Positions 1-12,334 of a DNA stretch of 64,000 nucleotides are shown here, piece by piece. The DNA comes from Paraphysomonas bandaiensis (Eukaryota; Protista; Chrysophyceae), in assembly GCA_965644295.1 (NCBI GenBank), contig CBFFRP010000354.1, positions 184,981 to 248,980 on the forward strand, read 5' to 3'. The position numbers and the translations under genes are program-made. The number at the start of each line of letters is the position of its first letter. The stretch's first letter is position 1. The notes beneath the pieces are model-generated. The model made no database searches. It was given only the letters and a program-made list of their open reading frames with translations, and was not told the origin of the DNA.

Positions 1-1
1 G

Positions 2-2626
2 TGTTCTGAGTCTTACGACCAGTTTCAGTCACCCACTGGTATTGCATCCTCTTCCCTATTTAATTACCAGTATCCTTCAGAACGCCCTGCTCTACCACTA
101 CCTCGACATCCACCACAACAACACCAACCGCATCATGAAGATTCGGATTGGTCTACAGGTTTCTATGGCGTTAACACGCAGCAACAGTACCGTGTTAACG
201 CCCATCCTCCAGCATTTACTGGTGATACTTATTTGTATCGACACGCCGAGGAAGGTTTCGTGGATCAAGCACCTGGGTCCTACACAGCAGGGGTAGCTAA
301 TGAACGTTCCCCTACAGGACGTCCTTACCCTATGCTAAAGAGTCAGTCCGATAATCGCGTTGGTGGTGGTGGTCCTTCGACCTGTGCATCCAGGCCCCAC
401 CCTATGCTTAAGAGCAACTCCGAGACACGTGTCCTACATAACCCAGTAATTGGTCATCCTCCAAGGAACATTTCCCGGCCCCCATCTTCTGCATCCTCCA
501 CCATGACTCCTACATCCACTTCGTCAATGACTTTCACTACAAATGACTTTGACAACTCATGGGAATCACCGGATGGATATTTAAGTGTTTCTCACGACCG
601 TGTCACATCCGGCCGCCCCCACCCAATGGTGAAAAGCAATTCAGACAATCGTGTGGTCGGACGACCACACCCGATGCTCAAGAGTAATTCGGAGACTCGA
701 GTGTTACATGGGGACAGTTATTTGCCGTCACCTCGACAACGAATTCCCTACGGTCATGGGCATTCCCCTTATCCCCGCCCTCCGAGCTCTTCTTCTAGTT
801 CCATGACCCCGACTTCGATGAATTCGTCGATGTCCTTTTCAAGCACGGACATGGAGGGAGGATGGGAAGGATATGATGTCTATCCTGGGGGAACGGAGCG
901 GAGTAGCAATGGACGCCCTCATCCCATGATTAAGAGCTACTCGGACAACCGTGTGTATCAAGTGCAGGGTGGACAGCCGCAGCAATCTGCCAATGGTCGA
1001 ATAGTTCCACGCCCTCGTAGCTCAGGTGCCCCAGTTATTCCTCCGTCCTCTTTCCCCCGGTCTGACCGGGAAATGGAATTCGAGGATACTAGGCAGGGTA
1101 TTTACATTCAGCGAATGTCCACCTCTTGGTCAGGAACAGCCTCCTCCCAGCAACAGCATGCCTCGAGCGCAGCTTCGCCAGCCAGTGTCCCTCCTACACA
1201 GGAATATCCGTTGCAAGTTCTTTCCCTCGATGCGGCGGCAGCATTCAGGGCCACGGATCCAAGCATGGAGAGTGACAGGAAGGCCATTTTTGATCTAATT
1301 GAAGCAGCGGGAGTTCAAGTTGTGCTTATGTCCAACACTGGACTAAGAGATGAGGAAGAGCTCAGAATTGTACGCAATGAAGTAAAAGCAAAGTACAACA
1401 TGGAATCTGCAATGTGGGCAAGTTTTGAAACGCCAGGAAATGGTCGGGGAGTAGCTGTGCTCATTTTAGGGCCATTGGCTCCAAGAACTGGTTGGATTCG
1501 TAGTGACTCTTGTGGACACGTCTTGTCAGCCTCATCAAGAGTAAAACCGGGGCTGCCCGTGCTGTCCTTTGTAGCGTGCGACTTCTCCCAGGAGGGTGAA
1601 GTTTCAGAAGAGGCCAGGGCGCGCACTGTAGATGCCCTAAAAGAAATAATCAACGGTGAACACGAAAAGGGAAGCTTTGTTATCGCTGCGGGAAATATGT
1701 TGAATTGTACCCGCGGCACTGATGAGAGTACCGAGGCAGATATTTTGCGGAGTCTCAAAGACAGCGGCGTGTGTGGCCTCAAAGTGGGGCCTGCTGTTGA
1801 AGCCAGCAATGATCTATCCGTTACAGCGGATATAATTGTGTCCACCCACCAGTCTAACGACAATGGACTCTACCCAGAAGAATGTATAAGTGCGAAAGTG
1901 CTTGGTACCGACGTGGTATCTAAAGATATTAAAAGTGATAAAAGACCATGCATTGTATCCGTATCTGTTGCGGGGTGGCCCGCAGAAGCTTTTGTGCTTA
2001 GTAGGAGCTCTGCGCGATCACCGGACTCCTCGTCCCCTACCCGAAAGACTAGACGCGGATTAAACAAATCTACTCGTCGAAGAGACGTTACAGCCCCATT
2101 ACCACAGAATCGGTCCTCTCATTATACGGGAGGATGTCCACCATCGTGGGTCAAAGATGGTGCCCCTTCTTCCGCTTCCGCATCGCCGTACACATCTCCA
2201 GATATGTACCAGCAATATGAGAGAAAGGGGGACCCGATCTACAGCTCATCTGAGAGCGTTCGTACATCTCTGAGCCTCGGTCATAGTGACTCAATAACTC
2301 TTGTTAATGATCTTCTATCGTGGAGAATGAAAATTGTAGAAGGTTTCAAACGATTAGATGATATTTTGCACATGACGCACTGGGGCGTAGTTCGCCTTGA
2401 CCAACTGAAACAGCTGATACAGGACGTGTTTAAGTGGGTTGATGCGACGCCCCATAGAACGAACACCCCTGGTTTTGCGGACTCTGCCTCCATGTCGGTG
2501 TTGCATAGTGTGTATGCCAGTCCCGCGGAGCAACTTCTGAGGTCCGCTCCTGATGTGCTCACTCAGGTTTTCAGAACCTGGCACACTATGGCTGATCATA
2601 TGATCCAGAGAATGTCAGCGATTTGA
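2..2626 (+). CDS. Intronless protein (5' end outside window): low-complexity N-terminus with 5 GRPHPMLKSNSDNRV-type repeats plus a degenerate endonuclease/exonuclease/phosphatase (APE-like) domain
   Basis: The frame is open from base 2 to TGA 2626. Motifs at ~1205-1980 (LQVLSLD, QVVLMSNTGL, GVAVLI, DSCGHVL, VIAAGNMLN, ADIIVS, SDKRPCIV) follow the EEP motif order with catalytic residues substituted. Confidence 0.75.
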   Translation, partial: CSESYDQFQSPTGIASSSLFNYQYPSERPALPLPRHPPQQHQPHHEDSDWSTGFYGVNTQQQYRVNAHPPAFTGDTYLYRHAEEGFVDQAPGSYTAGVANERSPTGRPYPMLKSQSDNRVGGGGPSTCASRPHPMLKSNSETRVLHNPVIGHPPRNISRPPSSASSTMTPTSTSSMTFTTNDFDNSWESPDGYLSVSHDRVTSGRPHPMVKSNSDNRVVGRPHPMLKSNSETRVLHGDSYLPSPRQRIPYGHGHSPYPRPPSSSSSSMTPTSMNSSMSFSSTDMEGGWEGYDVYPGGTERSSNGRPHPMIKSYSDNRVYQVQGGQPQQSANGRIVPRPRSSGAPVIPPSSFPRSDREMEFEDTRQGIYIQRMSTSWSGTASSQQQHASSAASPASVPPTQEYPLQVLSLDAAAAFRATDPSMESDRKAIFDLIEAAGVQVVLMSNTGLRDEEELRIVRNEVKAKYNMESAMWASFETPGNGRGVAVLILGPLAPRTGWIRSDSCGHVLSASSRVKPGLPVLSFVACDFSQEGEVSEEARARTVDALKEIINGEHEKGSFVIAAGNMLNCTRGTDESTEADILRSLKDSGVCGLKVGPAVEASNDLSVTADIIVSTHQSNDNGLYPEECISAKVLGTDVVSKDIKSDKRPCIVSVSVAGWPAEAFVLSRSSARSPDSSSPTRKTRRGLNKSTRRRDVTAPLPQNRSSHYTGGCPPSWVKDGAPSSASASPYTSPDMYQQYERKGDPIYSSSESVRTSLSLGHSDSITLVNDLLSWRMKIVEGFKRLDDILHMTHWGVVRLDQLKQLIQDVFKWVDATPHRTNTPGFADSASMSVLHSVYASPAEQLLRSAPDVLTQVFRTWHTMADHMIQRMSAI

Positions 2627-4074
2627 ATCCGTTCGATGTTATGTTTTGTCGTTGTGGGAAATTATGACATGCTATGCAGAAATCCCACAGTGAGACGAAC
2701 ATCTATATTTTGCGTGGGCAAAAATTTAAAGAGAATTAGACGATATCGATATGGCACTTTTTATGTAAGTGGTCCCATGTGTTTTCTCATTTACAATTAG
2801 TACTATGGTATATGAAATTCTGTAGCGGTCTCTGTAGCGCTACATTTAACGTGCTGGAGGCTTATCCGTGTATTGGGGAAGGTGATTTCCTAGTAATGTA
2901 TTATCTGGCTGACCTCCAGTTAGTGAGAACTTAATGACGTAAAGTATAATATTTTTTTAAGTAATGTACGGACCGCAGTCGTGTTAGATTCCAATGTATC
3001 CGATGAAACATATGACAATGAACCCACATACATGCTGTACATAATCATGCGTAACTAGCACATACATATGATACTGTAGTGATGGTCATACAGTCATACT
3101 CCTGTGGACCAGTGCTAATGGACTATGATTTATAATAGTGTAGGGCCATTGAAAATTTAAGACCTATGTTGTCCTAGGACGACTTGCCGAGCTAAATTGC
3201 AGTAGGACTAACAAAGTGGTTGCCTTAACTTGTGTCGGAGTACGTGTTCCTCTAAGATAGAACTGCATTATTAGTTAAATACAATGTGAAACATAAATTG
3301 TAATACGTAGTCAAAATGAGATATATTATTCAACCTAGTCAATTTCCTAGTCAAAATACGGAAGTTTATCAATAGTTGCAATCAGAAGGCTGAACTTATG
3401 TTAGTGAATATACTACTTACACAATTGTGTATGCGATAATAGCATAATATCATAGTATTAGTAAAAGATAGAAGTCAGTGTGGTAGTGAATGGAGGAGAG
3501 AAGGTGGATAGAGCATAGAGCTGATGTAGTGGTTTAATGAGATCAATGTTGAGCAATGAATTGAGAATTTTGAGAGGTTCCTTTTGCGAAGGACCAGTGT
3601 GAGATTTCTTTTGGGGAGCTATTAAAGGAGGAGGGTTTGAGGAGTCCACCGTTGAATAAGCTCGAAATGAAGCATTTCAACAAGCAGAGAGGAAGTATTG
3701 AATGGTTAATGCCATCGCTTATTCATACTACTGTAGTAAAGCGATCTCCGAAGATCATCCAGCAGAGGATGAAAGAGGTTCTTGTAACTCACTAGATGGA
3801 TTGTTTGAGATGAAACAGGGGAGGATGGTGAAATAAGTCTGAAGGTTAATTACCGATGGGAGAGTTCTAGACTATGAATCAGACAGTCACTGAGGTATCA
3901 ATTTTTAGTGAAACTTCCAAAAGCATATAATTAGCGTAAACCAGTAGTGGGGTAAGATCTACACAGTAGCGAGGCTGGTCATACGGTGGAGAGAGATGCG
4001 TTTCCTAGTGCTAGCCCTATAGGGGCAAAGCATATCCCTACCCCGCGGGTACTGACCAAAGTGTATAATATTAT

Positions 4075-4790
4075 GAAAGCTTTGTTTTTAGCAATAGGCG
4101 TCAAGAATCATCACCAGATAAGTAGCTAGATAAAAAATAGTCTAGCTAGATAGACTCTCCCTGTAACTAACTACTGCAAATTCTCATATCCTGTTTGTGC
4201 GTTGCCGCACCAAGGTGCGACTACTTCCGTTCTTGTATGTGTGGAAAAAATCTCAATGAACGTGAGTGCTTGTAATGCAAATGGAATTGGTCAGGGTGGC
4301 GCGCCCCTTGGGGTAGGTCTCTGCCGGATTTTGTGGAGGCACAGGATTCTGAATTAGTGAGGCGAGTATTATTAGCCTGAGATACATGGGTGAGGAGTGA
4401 TTTGGACTCCGGCGTGACTTGAGATGGCGCGGGGCACAAGTTGGACCTGGGGTAAAGGAATAGCTGACGGAGACGGCGCCATGGCATTTCGCTAGTGTGG
4501 GGATAGTAGTGGAAGAGGGAAACGTGTGGGGTGATCTATGCCTCCGCGTTGCACCTAGTAAGCGAAGAACCCGCGGTTTCCGCCGTGTGTTGCTACATTT
4601 CAATCGTGTGTTGCCACGTTGTTAACGCGTTCTGGGGGGGGAGTCTATGTGGCTCCTTGGATGTGGTAACTGCGGTCTTGAATCATTTTTTTGGCTGCAG
4701 CGTAAAGCGGTTGGAGAAGACTGACGACTGCTAGTTCTAGAGTGCGATGTCCTCGTAAGTTTAACGCGCGGTTGTATTGCGATCCAAAAA
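4075..4790 (-). mobile_element. Degenerate long R1-related element (R1 3' end plus internal segment homologous to 52230-52850)
   Basis: Colinear similarity with 52085-52850, including the GCACCAAGGTGCGAC core and AGTAAGCGAAGAACCCGC. Confidence 0.75.
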
Positions 4791-4799
4791 CACTATCCG

Positions 4800-5200
4800 G
4801 CTGAGCCTCGGTGATAGTCCCGTTCAGAATTGCTCAACCTGCGGTAGTGAGGTATTACAGGCTCTGCAGGATAGCTTCTTTACTATTGATGAAATTCACA
4901 CTATTAATGAGAGTGAAGCAGACCATGCTATATGTAACCCATGAGACAGAGTACCAAGATCCAGAAACATTTGATGATTCAACTGCGAGTCCGGACAAGG
5001 AGCCCTGGAAAGAGGCGCGAAACAAAGAGTTAGCACTTTCAGCAAGAGGGGTCACGCGAGTAATGTCATCACTGAAAACCGTGATCGATAACGAAAACGC
5101 AATAAATATGGATCGGCCATAAAAGTACACAGGGATATAGCCAGAAAGATGTTAATACATATGCCCCAGTCGTGTAGGGTACTATGGCTCCAGCGTCTAT
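4800..5200 (+). mobile_element. Highly deleted Ty1/Copia pol relic
   Basis: Peptides DPETFDDSTASPDKEPWKEARNKEL and GYSQKDVNTYAPVV resemble Copia RT N-terminal motifs. Confidence 0.6.
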
Positions 5201-5977
5201 ATTTGGAATGCATATTATATAGAAGGAAATTGCTTCAAATTAGAAAAGTCATCGCTAATTGTCCCTATATACATCAGTAGTGCCAATAACGAAAGCTTAT
5301 AACATCGAGGGGAAAGGAGATTCCATTCTGGCAGTTATGTAGAGTAGACATGCTCATTTAATAAGATGCTTCTTTCTTGATACGTTTCTCTTCTCTTGTT
5401 ATTGTCATGTACACATATATGTCAGGTCAGTTCCATAGAGGTCTCAAGTATGATCTCTGCGGAGTCTTCTCCATCCAGTACAATCTCAATAAGCCACAGA
5501 AGAGATGTGTAACATAACGATAGTTATTATACGACAGAACAATAAGATAGATATGTATAGTACTTTCCCAGTATAGGGGGGTCAATCCACTGCTGTATGA
5601 GGAGGAATGATCTGCCTTGTGAAGGCAGATTTGCCCTATTTTATACTCAAACATTCAAGGAAAATGTGAATTTCTATACACAATAGTCACAAAAAACCCC
5701 TATAAAACATACAAAGTTTCACAATTTCATGAAATGTTAGTGTTTTTTAGTTGGTAAATAGATATATACTGCTGTGCTGTGTATATCAACATCATTGAAA
5801 CACTGATTTCACCTTCATGCACATCACTTACGCAAATCTCCTTCCTTTACCAGTAAGAACGGAGTTGTTGCCACACTAATCATTCCCTTCTAATCATGAA
5901 ATGAGACGTGTGTTTTAGTGCATCTGGTCTTATATTAATTAGCCCCTGTGTCTACCCATATATATCACTGCACGGGA

Positions 5978-7979
5978 ATGGAATACGAGAGAGCCCTCTA
6001 CCGAGTTTATGAGAGATGCCTAGAGGGATTTTCTATAAACTCTTCCCCTCAATCGGCTGCGAAATCATGTCGTGTGTGTGAATACTTGACTTTACTGAGT
6101 GCCTGTATATTTATGGTGTGTCTTCGTCTTATGCATAGTGCATATGTTGGAGAAAGTGGGTGTTTACCAGCTCTTCTTGATGATTATGCAGCTATGCACA
6201 GCTCTGGCCCTTTTAATTTCACCAACGATCAAATCCTTCAAATATACATTGCACCGGAGCTATCAGACAAAAAGACACGACAGCTGTTAGTAAGTGAATC
6301 ATCCACCGGCAATTCAAGCTCATGGAATAGCACAGTGCCATCAAATTCTACTTTTAATGGTTCAAGGGTTCCAGATTTTGAATTCGCGACATCATGGGCT
6401 GTGTTGGCACTGTCGAAGGATGTTCGGGAGAAGCATCGATTTGAAGTAGTGAACATCACGATGCCCGTTTCCTGTTTTGGCAATCCACTTCAGAGGTTTA
6501 TTTTACCGCTTGGTGGTGTTGGTACTGTAGTAGCAAATAATATCATGCATTCGATTCCCACCGGTGGGATTATGAAGGCTGTCTCATCAAGGGAGTACTA
6601 CTCTTGGAAAGCGTCAGAGATAAGCAGGAAAAAAACTCTTGGTGATTGGGCTGCCGGAAAGCTTATGATAGTAGTGGCGAGTTTGTTCGCATTTTTTATT
6701 TTATCTACTACTACAGCCGTCTTGGTCCGTGTGCTTATATCTTCCGGCGTGGTTTTGCTTTTTCCCGTTTTCTGGTTGCTACAGGTGGGTGTGTAGCGTG
6801 TACGTCACTTATATATAACTCTGTCCAGTTGGGTGGTGTGAATATCTTCAACACTCGCATCATATCGCTCTCGTATCCCTGGCTGGGTGTTCCCTTTGAA
6901 CTGCTGCGTTCTCGGCATCAGTCTACGATACCTTTTGTGGTGTCTCACGTTACGCGGTGAGTTGTATCATCCCTCTGCATATTTCCCTAACACTTACACT
7001 GCTCTCTCAGCGTATTGATATACTACTTCATGTATGAGGCGGCACAGGTATAGTTGCACTGATGATAGCATACTGCTGTTTATTTATAGCACACAGATAG
7101 CGTGCAGTATGTGGCTATATGGCACTAAAGATCCTGGCCCTAAGGAACTGTGGCTGTTCGCTGTCATGATGATGTAGGTTAATTTTTTGAATTGTGATAC
7201 ACTCTAACACAAAGTAGACTAGAGTATTTTTCTATGATATATATCCGGTGCTCTCCAGCAATCCAGCTTTTCCCTCGAGCTGTTTTGAGCCTATTTTTGC
7301 TGTACCATATATACCTATATTCCTTTCCCCTGGGATTCCATCTCTTCGCACTTTTCGTATTCTTCCTTTTCCTGTCATGGCTCATGATATTCACTGTGCG
7401 AAAGCTGGAGTATCCTGCATTTATACGTGGTGAAATCAGCCTGGAGCAGCCCAGGTAATGTGAACGGTTAAGTGGAACACGTACCTTTTGACATACTGGC
7501 ATATTTTGTGTAGGGCACTCTACAATACTGTACCGTGGCCAACTTGGACTGTTGCGCTTGCCCCAGATTTCACTATTTTTATGCCTGTTACGCACAGGTC
7601 ACGTAGCATATATGACGATGGGGACGAGGATAACAACGGGCGTCTCCCTACACCCGTAGTGCCTATAATTTTTGCGCCGTTTCTATCGCGTTACCAGACT
7701 CGTCTTGACAGGCAGCAACATGGCCCCAATGGTAGTGGTGATAGTGAGAGCGGAAGCAGCAGAGATGGCCAGGATGACGAAGACGAGAGTGAAGAAGAGA
7801 AGGTGGAACTTATTAGCAACCCAAGGCTTTCATCCATAGCGAATCGAATATTGCAGCGGGCACAAGGCCGACAGTCGTATACGTTGATTCCAGGAGAGTC
7901 TTACCAGTCTACACGAACGCCAAATAGACAAGATACTGCATTATCTGACGACATTGAAATGGGCGATAGAAGTAGTTGA
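5978..7979 (+). CDS. Membralin (TMEM259)-like multi-pass ER membrane protein, multi-exon
   Basis: The spliced reading gives LxLMHSAYVGESGCL, hydrophobic helices, LEYFSMIYIRCSPAIQLFPR and YHIYLYSFPLGF, which are membralin-like. GT-AG introns restore the frame. Confidence 0.8.
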
Positions 7980-8118
7980 TAGTTTGTTGTGTATATACAG
8001 TCGCACATTAAAACATCAATAATTATTTACTCATGCGAAACTCAAATAGGCTTTTAAGCTAATATGCTGGTGTTTAGTAGCCTGTCTTGACGGATAGTAT
8101 ATACACAGTTCTATCTCA

Positions 8119-8460
8119 CTAGTAGTGAATGACTTTTTAGCGATAGGGGATTTTGAGGTTTTTGAGTGCTTAACTCTAATATCCTACTATTTAACTCTAC
8201 GAAAGCTGTTTGTGTGTCACCGCAAGCACCACGGTGAAACCACTTTCGCTCTATCACTCAAAGCAAAGGCAGGGAGAGGAAGCACAATGTTGATATACCT
8301 GACATATTCTGACTTCAGGATTTTTGAGTGCTGCCTGCTGAAGTCAAGCATTCGGGTTGTTTACCATAAGGACTCAAAAATCCTAATAGAGCAAAAGTGG
8401 TCGCACCTTGGTGCTTGCGGTGACACATACCTATTGCTATTAATAAGACATTCACTACTA
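8119..8460. mobile_element. Two R1 3' halves joined in inverted orientation, 3' ends outward
   Basis: Begins TAGTAGTGAATG and ends CATTCACTACTA; orientation switches at ~8329. Confidence 0.8.
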
Positions 8461-8899
8461 CTAGGATCATACACTACTTCGACCAATAATGTCAACATTA
8501 TTGTGAACTACCATTGCAACAAGTTGCAATAATATTGTCGACATAATCAACAGTTTAACTCGTAACCATCGAAAATTGAAACTTGCTCACAGAGGAAAAT
8601 TTCAAATAGAGATTTGTCACACAATATTATTACAATAACATTCCTGAATAATATAATATGATACTGTTATTGATTGATACGTTTCTTAATATCATACACA
8701 ATCACCACAGTTTAAAATAAAACCATTGGAATGAATAACACCTGATCATCTGAAAAAAAATTTTATTTACCCGTACAAATGTTGAATATAATACAAGAAT
8801 GCAACAAAACTGTCGAACTTTGCCAAAATAATTATCAAATACATCTCCTTGGAACTAGAAAAGAATAACTACTTGAACTCTCAAATCACATTTCCCTAG

Positions 8900-9497
8900 G
8901 TAGTGAATGTCTCTTTTTAATAGCAATTGGCGTGTAAGAGTCAGAACTAATAATGTCGCAAAACAATATAACTAACTACTAGTGCTTAACTCTGATATTC
9001 TACTATTTGGCGGTACGAAAGTTGTTTGTGCGTCACCGCAAGCACCACCACACAGGTGCAACCACTTTTGCTTTCTGTCCACACAGCCCGGATGCTTGAC
9101 TTCAGCAGGCAGCTCAATACCCCGGGTGCTGTTGAGGTGGGCCCATTTCCGGATGCCTGTGTATTCGACAAGGCCCGAAGACGTCTACACAAGCATTTGA
9201 GTGGTGAGTGGGCAGAACAATATCTACAGACTACGGCTCACGTTAATTTCCCGAAAAATGTAAAATCTCCGGTACTTATCCCCCAGAACAACACGAAAAG
9301 GTGCGAATCCGACTTTGTTGAGCGCGCTTGGAGTGTGGTATTAAGGACACTTATTTGTGTCACTTGTGTAGTTGACGTCTTCGGGCCTTGACGAATAAAC
9401 TGGCATCCGGAAATGGGCCCACCTCAAGATCACCCGGAGTATTGAGCTGCCTGCGGGCTGTTTACTAGAAGGACTCAAAAACCCTGAAGTTAGCAGA
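8900..9497. mobile_element. Near full-length R1 on minus strand (8900-9322) abutting a plus-strand internal R1 fragment (9325-9497)
   Basis: Colinear with copies at 13198, 28340 and 59045. Confidence 0.85.
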
Positions 9498-9958
9498 ACG
9501 CCATAATTTATATAGTCAGAATAAGCAAATGCATACGTTAATTATCATAGAATTCTCTATAATTTAATAAACTTTCAAACTTTGAACAGGATGACAATGA
9601 TTGATAAGAGGTGTTTAGTTTACTTAAGTTTAGCCATCCTAAATGTCAACTCTGGACAAACTTTGCTAATTCCATTGAGTAGATCTCGTTCATACTTCTT
9701 TATTACACAACTGACTAGTAACCCTTGTAATATGTGCATAATTACATGCCTACTTCCTTACTACATAAACAAGGCAAGACACAACTACAACAAGTACGAA
9801 ATCACTGATACCATACCAAGTTTGCAATCTATCAATCTATATGATATCTGCATGTCGCTATGGAGAGTGCTTCTGGAGAAGCAATCAGCAGCAAAGGGCA
9901 TTTATATGCGAGCACATATAGCAAAGAAGTCCCGCATGCAATACGGTACACATCTCAG

Positions 9959-11354
9959 CTAAATGCGTGCGAGGTAAACAAAGCTGTCCGTTCCATACCC
10001 TTCCATAGACATGACAGCAAGGTCACCTCCCAGGTGCCTGGCATAGTTCCTGGCAATGGGAAGACCGTACCCAAGTCCGGCTAATGGTGACGACACGTTG
10101 AAATCTGAGGTATCGTCTGATATTACAAAGTCTTGAGCATTGGCGGAGTCAGCGGTGGTGAAGAGATATGACCATATCTTTTTCATATGAGACCGCGGAA
10201 TGCCCCCACCCTCATCTGATACTTTGATTACCTGTACATTATCAGAACACGTAGTGTCCATCGATCCATATCACTCACCACGTCTTCGTTATTCTCTCCG
10301 TCAGCAATGATAACTTTGATTCGTGGCATCTCGTTGTCAACACCGTGAAACTCAACCGTAGCCCTCATGGAATTCTTCAGTAGCTCTAACAAAATGTAGT
10401 GAATATACTCCGGGATAGTCGCCATGTCAAGGTCAATGCGCCCGTGTATTGTCACTTGAGGTGCGTCTCCATGGGTACGAGTGCACATATACGTTGCATC
10501 ATTGATAGCGTTCTTCGCTATGGCATAAGGGGACGCTGAGTGATCCACGATACCTACTCGGTCTGGATCGTCGGACGACTCCCGCAAGGCAAGGTATTGG
10601 CCAATCAAAGTACGTAAGCCTATGCGCGAAAGATAAAACTTGTCCAGACTATCTTGCACTATGGCGTGCTCAGCGAAGGCATCCAGATCTTGGTGCAGCA
10701 TCATTCGCATCTCATGAGCAGCTTTTGCCATAGTGATGAGAGTATGTGCGTGTCTGGAATACACCTGGTTTACAACCTGGTGGAAAGCTTCTTCCTTTTC
10801 TGGATCGATGGGCGCCTGAGTACTGCGGATGTCTTGAAATGATTGCGTGTACCAGGATATCACCTAGCAACATGTAAAACGATAGGACATAGAGAATACT
10901 GTATTACTACCTCGCAAACATACTTGGACTCGCGCATGATGGGTATGGACTGCAGTTCCACTACACGATGCGCCAATCGCACAGGCAACTCGCGGTGCAA
11001 AAAACAAGCCACCTGGATCTGCACCCTTTGGGCGGCTTCCTTCGATAGCGGCGCAGATGGCGATGCCGGGTTGTAGTCATGAAGCTGGGCTCCCCGTCCT
11101 GTTTCAAGCAACTGTCGTATATTCACTTTGCTCTGTTTTTTCCTGCCGAGTATAAATGTCAATACTTCCGAGCATTTATACTCACATATGATCACTATAA
11201 TACTAAGATATTTACCTACATACATGTCAATACATATATACGTGTATCTCTACTTCTACATGTGTACAACGCAAATAGTACTGCACCTGGCATATATGTT
11301 CAACTCCCCCATATTGATTGCAGAAGAGGAGGCCAGTCTGCGGGTAAAGTACAT
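9959..11354 (-). CDS. PDK: Mitochondrial pyruvate dehydrogenase kinase (PDK/BCKDK family), multi-exon
   Basis: Motifs FLHRELPVRLAHR, FYLSRIGLR, ELLKNSMRA, SDEGGG and LAGLGYGLPIARNYA. First exon MYFTRRLASS at 11354 looks like a mitochondrial presequence. Confidence 0.93.
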
Positions 11355-11789
11355 GTATAGCTTCATTTAATTAGTAGATATTAGAGATATGAGCTGCAAG
11401 CATGCAGTGTGAGTATATATAGGAGACTATATATAAATATTGATCTTCTTTGAAAGATCTGTCGAACAACAGCACAGTCGTGTATAGTATGCAGCATCCC
11501 ACCACATCATGGTCGAAGGAAGACTCGTATAGAACATACACACAGCAAACTCTTATAGGAACTCTATTGACACCTACGTACACAATAGCAAGAAAAAAAA
11601 ACATACTGAAATGCATGAAAAAAAAAATCTGTAGACAATAAAAAATCAGCAGAATATACTGTGGACGATAGGCTGCTGTGCCAGTGTAGATGTAGCAAAT
11701 ATAACACAGTCACAGTCACAGTGAGAGTGAGCGAAAACAGTTCAATTTTAAGTATTGAAAAACTCTCATAGGTTCTGCTTGTTTCAAGC

Positions 11790-12334
11790 ATGGAGAGTGG
11801 CCATTCTGCGCCAGTGTTAGCTCAAATAGATTTGACCGCAGGTTGGAATTTCAATGTCGAGGAATTTGCGTCGGGCCTGATTCCTATATACCCTTGTCAT
11901 ATATACCCTTTATTTCAGGTAAAAACACGGTGTATTTGGAGTATAGTTGCTGTTTATATTGTAAAGTGCATAGATTATTCGAGATTTATGCATAAAGGAT
12001 GAATACTGTGAGGCTAACATCCTCGATGGACAACGGTGGGGATTTGACAGATATGTGATCCAAGCCACCCTAAGTGATAGCGAATTCTGCCGTGTTCTGC
12101 TGCCTGTGTATCTCGATGAGATGCTTGATATCCAACGGTGATGTGATGTATAATTGATTCCTGTGGTAACGGTGAAATACGGTATAGATTCGAGAACATG
12201 GTGGCATGCTGTGGGTCGTCGGAAATCTACTTGACAATACTGTCACCAGAAAGTATAATGTGAGTGTGATGACGGAACTTCTCTGTGTCACTGATGAAAC
12301 TTTTAGTTACCAAAAGGCGGAGATATCATTATAG
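11790..12334 (+). CDS. Probable tRNA-splicing endonuclease subunit SEN15-like protein, 4 exons, 130 aa
   Basis: Exons 11790-11918, 11974-12137, 12188-12259 and 12307-12334 splice in frame via GT-AG introns. The product contains LFQIIRDLCIKDEYCEA...VLLPVYLDEMLDIQRF...IYLTILSPESIIYQK, resembling the Sen15 pattern. Confidence 0.65.

Noticed and set aside
1315-2599. Antisense ORFs within the first gene
   Set aside because: No motifs; expected shadows of a GC-richer exon.
8985-9045. Hammerhead ribozyme in R1 (CTGATAT...GAAA...GTC)
   Set aside because: The core is CTGATAT rather than CTGANGA and stem III does not pair, so a Penelope/retrozyme call is unsupported.
9380-9450. HDV-like ribozyme in R1
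   Set aside because: GGGCC/GGCCC and CAT/ATG pairings exist, but the GG needed for P1.1 and a P2 partner are missing.
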